Source: the human T2T-CHM13v2.0 reference genome, Homo sapiens. Taken from it: a stretch of 64,000 nucleotides of DNA. Position 1 is the first letter of the stretch, and each line of letters starts with the position of its first letter. Position numbers and translations under genes: made by a program. The stretch spans positions 5,888,001 to 5,952,000 of the forward strand of contig CP086569.2 of the NCBI GenBank assembly GCA_009914755.4, given 5' to 3'. This document shows positions 15,100 to 28,057 of the stretch, piece after piece. The notes beneath the pieces were generated by a model. The model worked only from the letters and a program-made list of their open reading frames with translations. It did no database searches and was not told where the DNA came from.

Positions 15100-16892
15100 A
15101 TTGGGTTTTGTATTAGTTCATGTATGTTGCTATAAAGGAATACCTGTGACTGGGTAGTTTATGAATAAAAGAGATTTATTTTAGCTCATGATTCTGAGTG
15201 CTGTACATGATGCATGGCACCAACATTTCTCCTTGTGAGGACCATAGGAAGCTTTCAATCATGGCAGAAGACAAAGGGCATGCTGACACATCAGACGGTG
15301 AGAGAGGGAGTGGGAGGGGTACCACACTTTTTAAAAGAATTATATCTTATGTGCATTCAGAGCAAGATATCACTCATATCATGAGGACAACACCAAGCCA
15401 TTCATGAGGGATCTGCCCCAGTGATACAAACACCTACTACTGTGCCTACCTCCAATATTGGAGGTCATATTTTAACATCAGATTTGGAGAGGATAAAACA
15501 CCCAAACCATATCATTCCATCCCTGGCCCCCCAAATTTTATGTTCTTCTCAGATTGCAATATAAAATTATCCCTTACCAATAATTTCCCAAAGTCTTAAC
15601 TAGTTCCAAGCATTAACTTAAATGTCCAAAATCTCACCCAAGACTCTAGGTACATTTCTTCCACATTTTTTTTTTTTTTTTTTTTTTTTTTTTGCCTGTA
15701 GAATAAAAAACATACTATTTACTTGCAAGATGCAATGGTGGTACAGGCATTGAGTAGGCATTCCCATTCCAAAATAGAGAAAATAGCCAATAGAAAGGGG
15801 CAATAGGCCCCCCAGAAGTCTGAAACCCAGCAGGGCAGACTTTAATTCTTAAAGCTCCAAAATAATCCTTGAATCCATGTCCCACATCTAGGGTACACTG
15901 ATGCAGGGGGTGGGTTCGAAAGGCCTTGGGCAGCTCTACCCATATGGCTTTGCATGATGTAGCCCCTGTTGCTACTCTCATGGGTTGAAGTTGAGTGTCT
16001 GTGGCTTTTCCAAGCTCAGGGTGCAAGCTGTCAATGGATCTACCACTTTGGGGTCTAGAAGGCTGCAGCTCTGTTTCCACAGCTCCACTAGGCAGTGCCA
16101 TAATGGGGACTCTCTGTGGGGTGTCCAACCCCATACTTCCCTTCCACACTGCCCCATCAAATGTATTCTGAAGGGCATCTGCCTGTGGAGCAGGCCTCTT
16201 TGTGGGAACCCAGGCTTTTCCATACATTTTCTGAAATCCAGGGGTAAGCTACTAATTTTCCTTACCTCTTGCATTTTGCAAGCCTGCAGACTTAACAATA
16301 CATGGAGGCAGTCAAGAATTACAACTTATACTTTCTGAAGCAGTGGCCAAAGCTGTACCTGGGACACTTTGTGCTGAGGCTGGAACTGGAGCAATCTAGA
16401 TGTTTGGAACAGTGTACCAAGACTACACAGGGCAGCAGGGTCCTTTTCCTGGCCTCATGGACCATTCTTTTCTCCTAGGCATCTGGATCTGTGATGGGAC
16501 AGGCTGCCTCAGATATTTCTTAAATGCCTTTAGGCCTTTTTTTTTCATTGATTCAGATATTAGCACTTGGATCCCCTTTAGTCATGTAAATCTCTCCAGC
16601 ATGTAGTTGCTCCTCAACCCCACTTGTATTCTTCCCCTGAAAGTATTCTTTCCTTCTCTACCACACTGCCAGGTTTTGACTTTTTAAAACTTTTATGCTC
16701 TTCTTTCCTTTCAAATATAAGTTCCCACTTTAAGTCATTCCTTTACTCCCTTATCTGATCATTGGCTGTTAGAGGCAGCCAGGTCATGTCTTGAATACTT
16801 TACTGCTTAGAAATGTATTCTTCCAGATACTTTAAGTCATTACTCTTAAGTTTAAACTTCCAGAGAACCCTAGGACATGAGCTTAATGCAGG

Positions 16893-16936
<44 letters not shown>

Positions 16937-18070
16937 TGGGCATAATATGAGTGATCTTTACTCTAGTCTCAAAAACTTTCTCATTTCTGTCACAGTTCTT
17001 GTCAGCCTGGCTTCACTGTCCATATTTCTACCAGCATTTTGGTTACAACCACTTAACAATCCTCTAAGAAGTTTCAAACTATTCCCTACATCTTCTTGTC
17101 TTCTTCTGAGTTCTCCAAATGCTTCCAACCTCTGCCAGCTACCAAGTTCCAAAGCTGATTCCATATATTGTATTATCTTTGTAGCAATGCCCCACTTCCC
17201 ATTACCATTTGTTTTTGTATGAACTCATTTGCATTGTTATAAAGAAGTACCTGAGACTGGGTAATTTATAGAGAAAAGAGATTTATTTTGGCTCATGATT
17301 CTGAAGGCTGTACAGGAATGCATGGCACCAGCATCTGCTAATGGTGAGGGCCTCAGGAAGCTTTCTATCATAGTAGAAGGCAAAGGAGGAGCTGCTGTAT
17401 AACATGGTGTGTGTGTGGGGGGGGGGGTGGGAGTAAGTGCTAAACAATTTTTTAAAAATTATTATTTTTTTAAATTGTGAGTACATAGTAGGTATATATA
17501 CTTATGGGGTACATGAGATATTTTGATAAAGGCATGCAATGTGAAATAAGCATGTCATGGAGAATGAGGTAGCCATCCCCTCAAGCATTTATCCTATGAG
17601 TAACAATTCAATTACATTCTTTAAGTTATTTTAAAATATACAATTAAGTTATTGACTATAGTCATCCTATTAGGCTATCAAATAGAATAGCAGATCTTAT
17701 TCATTCTTTCTAACTATTTTTTGTACCCATTAACAATCCCCACCTTCCCATCAAAACCCCACCACACTTCCCAGCCTCTGGTACCTATCCTTCTACTCTC
17801 TCTGTCTATGAGTTCAATTGTTTTAAGATACCACAAATAAGTGAGAACATGTTATTTTTGTCTTTCTGTGCTATAATCTTTTAACCAACTAGATATTGTG
17901 TGAACTCAGAGTGAGAACATACTCATTATTGTGAGAAAAGTACCAAGCCATTCATGAGGGATCTGCCCCCATGACCCAAAACCTTTAACTAGATTCACCT
18001 CCAATATTGGAGGTCACATGTCAACATGAGATTTGGAGAGGACAAAATATCCAAACCATATCAGGTTTCA
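15100..18070 (-). mobile_element. MaLR (THE1/MST/MLT-type) element, roughly full length: 3' LTR 15100–15690, internal 15700–17220, 5' LTR 17220–18070 split by an L1 fragment
   Basis: The LTR copies share ...tgataaagaagtacctgagactgggtaatttata.agaaaagagatttatt..gctcatgattctga.ggctgtaca... and ...ctccaatattggaggtca.at.t.aacat.agatttggagagga.aaaa.a.ccaaaccatatca. The internal part matches MaLR internal sequence in reverse complement (ccactaggcagtgccataatggggactctctgtgggg). There are poly(T) runs at 15668–15700 and 16890–16935. Confidence 0.55.
17425..17940 (+). mobile_element. 5'-truncated L1 3'-end fragment (L1PB/L1MA-like) nested inside the MaLR 5' LTR
   Basis: ...ggggtacatgagatattttgataaaggcatgcaatgtgaaataagcatgtcatggagaatgaggtagccatcccctcaagcatttatcct...ccacaaataagtgagaacatgttatttttgtctttctgtgc. 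The flanking sequence on both sides continues the same MaLR LTR. Confidence 0.7.
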
Positions 18071-18479
18071 ACTTTCTCCTGAATGTCTTCCTTGCCATCT
18101 AGATTCTAAATTCTATGGATGTCATTTCAATTAGGTTAAGAACTATTTCTAGGGAGTTAGTACCATCATTTGGAGGTAAGAGGACCCTGACTTTTTAAAT
18201 TGGCATTGTTCTCAGGCTGATTCTTTCTCATCTGAAAGTGCTGGCATTCCTTTATCATTTTGAATTGCTGTCTTTTGGATGGGGCTTTTTGTTTTTATCT
18301 ACTTTATTTCCCTGAGTTTGACTTTGGCGTAAGTTGAGAATGGTCTATTGGCTTCACTTCTGGGTGCTTTCAGAGGGCCAAGACTCTGCATAGGATCTTT
18401 ATTTGTGGCTAAATTCCTGCGTTGGGTTTCACAGGCAAGGTATACTGGAAGAAATCTTTTTTGTTGTTGTTATTGATGT

Positions 18480-21400
18480 AGTGCAGGCTGCAATCTAGTA
18501 GATCTGCAATCCAGTAGATGACACCTAAGAGTAATGTCCAGCAGATAGGCTCTTAATGACATGCCTCTTTTGTATTTTAGCGCATTCACAGCTGTTCTAT
18601 GTGGGGAGAGATATGGGGGATGGGAGGAGAGATGACTCCCCTGCCAGGTCCATTCCCAGGCCTTAGGGGACCCCTCTCCAATCACTGTCACCCTGCCTGT
18701 AATTCCTTAGCCCCAAAGGGGGCCCTGCCAGGCTGCACTTTCCTCTCCTTTAGGGTCGGCTCAAGGTGAAGGTTAGTTCACCAGGAGATCTACAGAATGC
18801 TGGAGGCCCACTGATCCTCTGTGCTTGGCAGAATCAGAGTGGGTTGTGGGGTATGCCTGTGTGTGGTCTGTTCATGCAGTAGATCAAGAGCAGGGGATCT
18901 TCAGGCAGGGCAGTGTTGCTGTGGGTGTGCCACCGGTATGGCACAAGCATCCCAAGGATTTTTGCCCATAAGACAGCTATAGGGACCGCCTAGATCATTC
19001 TCCTTTGACTGGGTCTCCTTCCAGTGGCTTCCCCAGTAACTGGCCCAATCATCTACTTTTGCCCTAAGCCTTCTGCACCAAGCTCTCTGGGGTATTAGGT
19101 GTTCCAGTCTGTGGGGCTCCCTTGGGCAGAGGCTGTAGCTGAAAGACAAGTAATGAGGTGTGAACTACTCAACCCTGTGCCCAAGCATAACCTAGTGAAT
19201 ATCATCCTAACCATCCTGTGGGTAACCATAGTTATAGATTAGTGCCACATAGCCAAGATGTTTTATTTGGAGCTAATCAATAAATAATCAGTTATTTGCC
19301 AATCTGTACTTTGTAATCAGTACTTGTAATACAGTGGCATGCCAATCAGTATTTTGTAACACAATGATGTGGATAAATCATTATTTGGGTATCCATCCTA
19401 TATCTGCTAACCAATAAATAATCAGTTATTATGTCTAATTAGTGGCATGCCAATCAGTACTTTGTAATAAAATGATGCAGATATACCATTCTTTGGGTAT
19501 GCATCCTATATCTCTATGTTCAGTTGGGCTATTTATCTTTGGTGTGATTTTTCTGTTCCCCAAATTAAGGTACATTTTGACAAGGCTAGCCAAAACAGGA
19601 GGTGAGCCAAATAAACCCATATGAAATGTGTATTATACCATCCTGAAATTGAGTTTTTGATTGGGGTATCATTATTTTCTTCTCTTTTAGCTGGGGCAGT
19701 GCCACAGCAAAAGATAGTGAGCCAGTTTTCTTCTACCAAGAAGCTCTTCTTATGTCCCTTATTTAGTAAAGTATAACTCATAGGGCAATAATATACAGTA
19801 TCCTTAGTCATACTAGAGTTAAGGTTGCCAGACTATTTTTGTGATGAACGAATAAAATTTTTATACTGTATTCAGTCTTGTCCTTGGAGGAGTGATACCC
19901 ACCATGGTAGGCCAGAACCACTGGACTGGAGCATGAGGCCACATATACAGCAAGAATTTTTGTGTAATCTGTCAGCATAGTTTGGGAATCATTGCAAAAA
20001 GAGGTTTTCTTCATGGGCAACAGCTTGTGGTAGTAGTACCAGGACATAAGGACTAAGGATAAAAATAATTTTAGTGAGCGCTTATAAAAGAAAATCTTCT
20101 GTATCTCTTAACAATTTTTAGTATTAAACATTTATTTAGCTACAAGCCTGGTCCACAGTTTTGAGTTTTAGCTGTCTGTATCACATGCCATCTTTTTCTC
20201 AGCCTGGTGTCAAGTTAATTCAAAGTTGGAGGTCACCTTCTGGAGAAACAGTGAAATCAGAAGTCTCAACCTTCTTTAGATAATACATATGAATCCATGA
20301 ATTTATGCCTTCTAACGTAGCAGTGCAAGGGTTGTTAAGGAGTACCTGATAATGTCCATACCACTTTGGTAAAAGAGAGGTGTTTTTTTTTTTAAATAAA
20401 TATTGTTTCCAATAGACAAAATCTCCTAGTTGAAGTCCATGGTCCTTGGAAGTTTTGTTTTCTGGGAGTTCACAGTGAAAACGTTATTTTACTAATTTAT
20501 AATTTGTATATAATTGTGTCATAAGGCCATTACAACAGCTAAACATGTCTCCGTTTGCTATTAAAGGCATAGTTTCCTGGAGACAATTTCACAGATCTGC
20601 CTTTTATCATTTTGAATGGGGATAACTGGTGCTTGCCAAAAATGTTCAACCCCAGACTAAGAAGAATCCATGGAAGAGCTTTTGGCCAAGGAATTTAAAA
20701 GCCTCATTTGATTTTTTGAACTGAGTTTTGATTATTCAGTTCATCAGTTCCACTAACCCAGATGACAGGGGATGGTAAACACAATGGAAATGTTGGAGAA
20801 TGGGCCAAATTTTACACACCAATTGAATTATTTGTCTAGTGAAGTGAGTGCCACTGTTGCTATGAGTTTCCAGAACTCCCAAGGTTGGAATATTTTTTTG
20901 TAAGTGAATTTTACTCACCAACAAGCCTTTTGCTATTTTGTGTGAAAATGCCTCTACCCATTCTGAAAATGTGCAAATCATTACCAGAGCATATTTGCAT
21001 GTTTTTCGAAGATGGTAACTGGGTGAAATCTAATTGCTGTGCCTGAAAAGGGGCCTTGGGTGAAGGAAAATGTCCTTGAGAGCTATGTAGTAATTTCCTT
21101 AGATTATATTTTTAACAAACGTAATAGCAATTTCATACCTTATGAGCTATAAGAAGTTTCCAAAAATATTGTTTTTCCCAAGCAATTGTTTTGTCAGGGC
21201 TCCAGTGAGTTAGGTCTTGTATATAGGTTAAAAATGGTAACCGCAATTCAGCAGCAAGTATAGGCAAATTGTTTGGCCCATACTATACCTTTTCTTTGCG
21301 GGAAGATATTTCCTTTTTGTTTTCCAACTTTTCTGTTCTAATATTGGAGCTCTGGATTGAGCTAATTTTATGTTAAATTCAGAGTTTTTTTAAAGTTAAT

Positions 21401-23100
21401 ATAGATCTCTTTTTATTTTCTGTTGGTTCGTTCGTTTGTTTGTTTGTTTAGATGCATTTAGAACAGCTTTGTGCTACTTTATCAGCTAGCTAATTTCCTT
21501 TGCTTTCTGGTGTATCTGATTTCAAATGGCCTGAGATTTTAATTATGGCCAGCGATTTTGGGAATAATATGTCTTCCAACAATTGTAAAATTGTCTGCTC
21601 ATTTTCTATGAATTGACGAGAAGAGGCTAAAAATTCTCTCTGTTCCCATTGTATTCCATAATTATGAGCTACTTTGAAAGCATATCTACTGTTTGTATAG
21701 ATATTAGCAGTTACTCTTTTTGACAATCAACAAGCCCTAATCAATAAAATTAATTCTGCTTTTGGAGCTGAGGTGGCTTCTGGAAGTTAAACACGTTCTG
21801 TTTTTTCAGTTAAAGATAATATTGAGTAGCTTGCACGGTAAGTCCCAGATACGTCCTTTAAGATCCATCTTTAAACCAAACTACATCAGCATAATTAAGG
21901 AGACTCTCTTCTCGTAGGACAGAGAAGTTGAAAAGTTAAGGTTATTCAATTGTGCAGTGTTTCATCTGAAAGTAAAGGCAGAAGAACTGCAGGACTTAGA
22001 TTTTTATGCCTAGAGATGGTGATATGAGAAGCTGAAAAAAGTAAAACTTCATATAAAGCTAATCTGCTAACTGAATAACGTTGAGTGTGGTGAAGGTTAG
22101 CAATGATTTCACAAAATGAGGGATGAAAATACTATGGGATATCCCCTTTACAATTTCTTCAGTTGCCTTAACCAACAAAGCAGTGACTATTATGGCAGTG
22201 CCACAAGGTGGTAGCTCTATAGCCACCGGGTATAACTGATGGCTATAATACCCTAACAGGTTCATTTTGGTCTCAATGTATTTGAGTTAGGACCCTCAAA
22301 AGTGTTAGCACTACTTTCACGTATATATAATGAAAATGAAAAATTATAATTTGGATGCCCCAAAGCTGAGGTATTAGCAAGGTAATATTTTATCATTTCT
22401 AATGTTAGTTGATCTTTTGTCCAATCTAGAGGGTCTAGTATGTCTCGTTTTAAGACAGCATATAAGGGCTGGCATTTTAAGACATAGCTTGGGATTCATT
22501 TTTTAAAATATCCTGTCATTCCCCCAAACCCTCTCAACACTTTCTTGGTTCTTGGTGGTAGAAAAGCTAAGATCTCTTTTAGTCTGTCTGGATTAATAAA
22601 AATTCCTTCCTTGGATATTAGATAACCTAAGTAGTTTACTTGTTTTTTTGACAAAATTGAAGTTTACCTTTAGAAGCCTTGTGTCTCTTTAAGGCTAATT
22701 GTTGTAACAAGTGAATCTCATTTTCAATAGAGACTTGCTTATCCTCTTAGCAGAGGAGTAAATTATCTATCTATTGTATTAACATACATTTTTAAAGTCA
22801 ATATCTGAGAGAGATCTTTTACTATCTGTAAAAAGTTTGGCTCTTAGTATAGTACTGAGGCTTGACTGTCCACATGTATTGTCTGTTTTCCAAAGTGAAA
22901 ACAAAGAGAAATGAACTATTTTTATTCATAGAAATACTAAGGAATATATAACATAAGTCTATTATAGTAAAGAACTCACCTTCAGTTGGAATGGCAGCTG
23001 ACAATGTATATGAATTTGGCATTTCTAGATGTTGGGGAATAACAATGTTTTTAATTGCTCTCAGATTCTGTACAATCATCCATCCTCTACCATCTGGTAT
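18480..23100 (-). mobile_element. Class I (gammaretrovirus-like) endogenous retrovirus remnant: pol (RT, RNase H, integrase) 20700–23100. Lower-coordinate part 18480–20700 is probably env remnant and LTR; boundaries uncertain
   Basis: RT motifs are in ORF 22822–23187(-): ...IVQNLRAIKNIV..PNSYTLSAAIP...FTIIDLCYIFLSI....FLFVF....QYMWTVKPQ, compare RLVQDLRAVN / VLDLKDAFF / LTWTRLPQG. RNase H is in ORF 21490–21726(-): IYTNSRYAF...SGHLKSDTPESKGN. Integrase core is in ORF 20736–20981(-): FSEWVEAFSHK...VYHPLSSGLVE, compare DFT.W.EAF...YHPQSSGQVER. The HERV family is not assigned. Confidence 0.65.
19264..19508. repeat. Tandem duplication of a ~110–135 bp unit (2 copies plus an internal sub-repeat), probably in ERV LTR or env remnant
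   Basis: Unit 1: aatcaataaataatcagttatttgccaatctgtactttgtaatcagtacttgtaatacagtggcatgccaatcagtattttgtaacacaatgatgtggataaatcattatttgggtatccatcctatatctgct. Unit 2: aaccaataaataatcagttattatgtctaattagtggcatgccaatcagtactttgtaataaaatgatgcagatataccattctttgggtatgcatcctatatctct. Confidence 0.75.
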
Positions 23101-24350
23101 CCTTAGAGAAAAGAGAATGCTTATACACTGTTGCTGGGAATGTGTATTAGTTCTGTCACTGAAGAAAGCAGTTTTGAGATTTCTCAAAGAAGGATTGGAG
23201 TGTTACATGGTCTTTACAGAGAATAGTCTGTCTTCTTTTTGTATAATTTGAAGGCTATTCCTATCAAACTACCAATGTCATTTCTTCACAGAATTGAAAA
23301 AAAAACTTCTCTAAATTTCATGTGGAATCAAAAAAAAAAAAAAAAAGAACCTGGATAGCTAAAGCAATCCTAAGCAAAAAGGACAAAGCTGGAGGCCTCA
23401 CATTACTTAACTTCAAACTGTGCTATAAGTCTACAGTAACCAAAAGAGCATGGTACTGGTACAAAAACAGACACATAGGCCAGTGGATCATAATAAACAA
23501 CCCAGAAATAAAGCTGTATGCCTACAGCCATTTGATCTTTGACAAAGTTGACAAAATAAGCAATGGATAAAGGACTCCAAATTCAATAGATGGTGCTAAG
23601 ATAGCTGGCTAGCCATATGCAGAAGATCAAAACTGGACCTCTTCCTTACACATTATACAAAAATCAACTCAAGGTGGATTAAATACTTAAATATAAAACC
23701 TAAAACTATAAAAACCCTGGAATACAACCTAGTCAATACCATTCTACACATAGGAGTGGGCAAAGATTTCATGACAAAGAGGCCAAAAGCAATTGCAACA
23801 AATGGAAAAAAAAAATTAACCAATGGGATCTAATTAAACTAAAGAACTTCTGCACAGCAAAAGACCATACCAACAGAGTAAACAAACTATTGCATTTAAC
23901 AAAGGTCTAATATTCAGAATCTATAAGGAATTTAAACAATTTAAAAAGCAAATAACAAATAATTCCATTTAAAATGGGCAAAGCATTAATAAGAATGAAA
24001 CTGTGTCCTTGCAGCAGCATGGATGCCTGAGTGCAGCTGGAGGCTATTATTCTAAGTGAATTAATGTAGAAACAGAAAACCAAATACTACATGTTCTCAC
24101 TTATAAGAGGGAGCTAAACACTGAGTACACATGGGCACTAAGAAGAGAACAATAGACTCCACAGCTTTCTTGGAGGTGGAGGGTGGGAGGAGGGTGAAGA
24201 CTAAAAAATTACCTACTGGGTACTATGCTCACTACCTGGGTGTCAAAATCATTTTTACATCAAACCCCAGCAACACACAATTTACCCATGTCACAAACCT
24301 GCCCACGTACCCCCTAAACCTAAAAGTTTGAAGGAAAAAAATGGCAAAAA
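23100..24350 (+). mobile_element. L1 fragment (older L1P/L1M) with internal deletions; ORF2-derived, ends in 3' UTR and poly(A)
   Basis: ORF 23322–23570(+) reads ...[40 protein letters not shown]...LIFDKVDK, which is L1 ORF2 ([40 protein letters not shown]). 23107–23230 matches the ORF2 late segment (gagaaaagagaatgcttatacactgttg, repeated at 24540). The 3' UTR-like tail is ...cccctaaacctaaaagtttgaaggaaaaaaatggcaaaaaaa. Confidence 0.7.
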
Positions 24351-25205
24351 AACATGAACAGACATTTCTCAAAAGACATGTGAGTGTCTGATAAACATAT
24401 GAAAAATGCTCTTTATCACTAATCATCAGAAAAATGCAAGTCAAAACCACAATGCAATATCATCTCACACCAGTCAGAATTGCTATTAGTAAAAAGTAAA
24501 AAAAAAAAAAAATAGCAGGTGCTGGAGAAGCTATGGAGAAAAGAGAATGCTTATACACTGTTGGTGGTAATGTAAATTAGTTTGGCCTCTGTAGAAAGCA
24601 GTGTGGAGATTTTTCAAAGAACTTAAAAAAACAAAACTACCATTCAACCCACAACTGCATTCCTGGGTATATACCTAAAGGAAAATAAATCATTCTGTAA
24701 AAAAGACACATTCACTCATATGCTTATTGCAGCACTATTTACAATAGCAAATACATGGAATCAACTTATGTTTCCATCAGTGGTAGATTCGCTGAAGAAA
24801 ATGTGGTACATATACCATGGAATATGCCATAGAATACTATGCAACCATAAGACAGAATGAAATAATATCCTTTGCAGCAACATGGATGCAGCTGGAAGTG
24901 AATTAATGCAGGAACAAAAACCAAATATATCAAGTTCTCACTAATAAATGGGAGCTCAACATTGGGTACTCATGGACATAAAGATGGAAACAATAGACAC
25001 TGGAGACCACTAGAGCGGGAAGGGAGAAAAAGAGAGGGGCATAGGTTCAAAAACTAACTATTGGATACTATTCTTACTATCTGGTGACAGGATCATTATT
25101 ACCCCAAACCTCAGCCTCATGCAATATATTCACGTAACAAACCTGTACATGTATCCCCTGAATCTAAAAGAAAAGTTGGAATTAAAATAATAATAATAAT
25201 AAAAA
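24350..25205 (+). mobile_element. Second L1 3'-end fragment (ORF2 C-terminus plus 3' UTR plus A-rich tail)
   Basis: ...aatgcaagtcaaaaccacaatgcaatatcatctcacaccagtcagaattgctattagtaaaaag... then ggtgctggagaagctatggagaaaagagaatgcttatacactgttggtggtaatgtaaat. It ends tgaatctaaaagaaaagttggaattaaaataataataataataaaaaaa. Confidence 0.75.
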
Positions 25206-26994
25206 AATAAGGAAATTATAGGCTTGATCCCTTTTAGTGTTTAAGTTCTCAAATGATGTTGTTTAACATTTGAATGAGTTTTTGATGGATCTATTTGAAC
25301 ACTGATTGGGGTGGCAAAGATGATTCTTCCGATATCATTGGAAGACTTTGATCATAACTGATCAGGCACTACCTTTAGAAGGTTTTATAATCTTTCATTG
25401 CTCAATAATTGAGTGTCTTCTATGGCAACATGGAATGCAATTGAATTTTATTTTGAACTCTTCTTTATGTCTAGTAACACAGTTTTATATCTTTTTCTAA
25501 ATTCAATTTTCCCTTTTTGGGAGAAAAGCATGTGGGTATTATATAATTCCTAGAAGTCTCTTTCTGTAAGATGGAGGGGGGCTAATATAACCAGAAGGCA
25601 AATGTGAGTCCTTTGACACCTAGTTGAAAAGTTAGTGGCTGAGACTTGTATGCTGATACAGGAGTATTTGTGACACATACCGTTTAAATTTTTTGTTTAC
25701 TCTGAGCAATGGAATCTTGTCATAAGGTGGAATTTCTTACATATAGTGTGGATCCACATCAGCAAGAGCTTGTGCTCACAACAAGAGCTTGCGTTAGTTA
25801 TCTATTTAAAATAATTTTTATTTTTCTCAAAGTGGAAACAGAGACATAAACTTAAGTATATAATTTAAATTTCTTGGCAAAACCAACAGGGTCCTGGTGA
25901 GAATCAGGTAGTTTATTAATTATTTCTTTAAGTTCTACCGTTGACTATGATTGATCTTCTAGGTCAGGTTCTACCCTACCTGATACACGCTGTTGAAGAA
26001 ATGGAGCTAAAACATTAGGAGCAGGAGGAGGCATAGGAAGTAGATCTGGGCAGGTAGTTCAGATATTATCAGATTAAGAAAAGGAGAGGCTGAGAGTGGA
26101 TAAGGAGAAATTTTCAAAGCCTTTTTAAACTCACGAATTGTTCTAGACAAGTTTTTGTTCCTCCTTTTGTAAAGAAATAACTTTATTAGAATGCTTTTTG
26201 GAAACTTCCAAATATCACTGAAAACAACTCTCCCAATTATTCTGTTTAATATGGAGCCAGCCTTTTTTGGATTGAGAATGCAAGTAAATTAGTTTAGGCA
26301 TTTCAAAGGTATCCCAGTTTGGCCACCACAGTTTTGTTTTTTCCACAAGTTATGTGATACCATTTTTTAAAATAGCAACAGGAGGTGGCCCCATAAATGT
26401 TTCACATGATTCCAGCTGTAGTTTCTATATTTGAATCTCTCCTTAAGAGGAAAGACTTGGTTTTGGATAGACTGTTGATTATAATTTGGGTTCTCTTCTT
26501 AAGTGATTCAAGACTGTAAGGGAAATTTTGGCCACACAAAAATGAAGTTTAGACAGTCAATGGGGAAAGGATAATCTCTTCAGTAATTGGTGCATGTGTT
26601 CCCTTTGTGCCCTCGTCAAAAAGTAGTTGAATACATGTGGGCTCTCTCTTCTGTTCCACTGGTCTATGTGGCTGATTTCATCACAGTATGATGCTTTTTC
26701 TAAGGTTTGGTCATAACCAGCACCAAAAAACAGCAAGCTGCGCCATTCCCCCAGCTATTCTACTTCTTCACGCTGCTTAGCTGGGGTTTTGGGGACTTGA
26801 ATTCCCTTGACAGTTTCTCTACAACTGTCTTTCTCCCATTTCTGTGCTGGCTCCATACTAAATGAACAGTGTATCCTTACCACAGCTAGATGTGCCTATT
26901 TTATGTAAATCTAAGTAATTCATTTCAAGATTAAGATATCATTATAAAGCAATTACAACTGGAGATTGTTAATGAATATCTTTCCCTTTATTTG

Positions 26995-27190
26995 TGTGTG
27001 TCTGTGTGTGTGAGAGAGACAGAGAGAAACAGAGATAGAAACAAGGTCTTACTCTGTTGCCCAGGCTGGAGTGCAGTGGCGTGATTCACAGTAGCCTCAA
27101 ACTCCCAATATTAAGAGATTATCCCACCTCTGCCTCCTGAGTACATGGGACCACAGGCACACACCACTGCATCTGGCTATTTTTATTTTG
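26995..27190 (-). mobile_element. (GT/GA)n microsatellite followed by a partial Alu (minus orientation)
   Basis: tgtgtgtgtctgtgtgtgtgagagagacagagagaaacagagatagaaacaaggtcttactctgttgcccaggctggagtgcagtggcgtgattcacagtagcctcaaactcc...ctgcctcctgagtacatgggaccacaggcacacaccactgc. Confidence 0.8.
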
Positions 27191-27469
27191 GCATAAATAA
27201 GCTCTTATCATATTGTGCACCTGGTCTCAAATGATCCTCGAAAATAGTTTCTAAAGAAGTATTTCTACTTTAGTGCTTACCTGGACTTCATCTGGATTCA
27301 TGTGACCTCCAGGGCTTCATTCAAATTGAAATGTGGAAATAATAAGATTTTTCTTGATTTTTTTTCCCCAGAAAAAGCTCAGGAGCCCTGGCCCTAGTCC
27401 AAGTGGGGCTTAGTCATCTTCTGGAATCTGCCCAAGCTGACTGTGAGCATTGACCATGCCATACCCTAC

Positions 27470-27640
27470 CTAGCTCCCAAGGGACCTCTAGGACCTGGGT
27501 TGATCTTCCTGAAGCAGCCACTACATTTTCAACCCCTGGTGTTTCCTCTATGCTTGGAGGAAAGTCTGGAACAGGAGAAATTTACACAACTATATGACTA
27601 TTGGCTATCTAGCTGGTCCCTTATGAGGGCTGAGTAATGA
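27470..27640 (+). pseudogene. Trypsin-like (S1) serine protease exon, corresponding to the exon between the Asp exon and the Ser exon; ends in an in-frame stop
   Basis: Translation ...PKGPLGPGLIFLKQPLHFQPLVFPLCLEESLEQEKFTQLYDYWLSSWSLMRAE* aligns to prostasin/testisin-type ...[25 protein letters not shown].....DMVCAGY. The conserved Cys and spacing are retained. Confidence 0.45.
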
Positions 27641-28057
27641 AGAAGACCCTGGGATGGAAGAGAAGCATGTTTGGAAAGAGAATAGTATCCTCTCTTGAAT
27701 AATAAAAAAAAAAAACTGTATTTCTCTTCACCATACTTCCCCCTCTAATCTAGGCTAAATTTGAAAACAAACAAACACAAACACCTCTTCTGTGTTTTCT
27801 ATCAGGAAGTTCTGGAATTCTGCAAAAAGGGCACCTGAGCAACCAACAAGTCAGCCCTTGTGCCCAATTGTGCCCCAAGCTGAATGAATTCACTTTTTGT
27901 GTAGAGGCCAAGACAGCTGTTGGGGAGGCTGGCTGTAAGGGGACAAATTCATGGGGTATGAATGCCAGGAAGAAAGAGGAATATCTTGCACACTAAAAGT
28001 TACTTCTGGCCCTCCTTCAAAATATTGATTCATATCTTGTATCTTTGTTTCTTGCAG

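Noticed and set aside
15715-16298. 170-aa and 106-aa ORFs on the minus strand and 117-aa on the plus strand.
   Set aside because: They lie within the MaLR internal region. MaLR internal sequences are non-coding and commonly give spurious ORFs.
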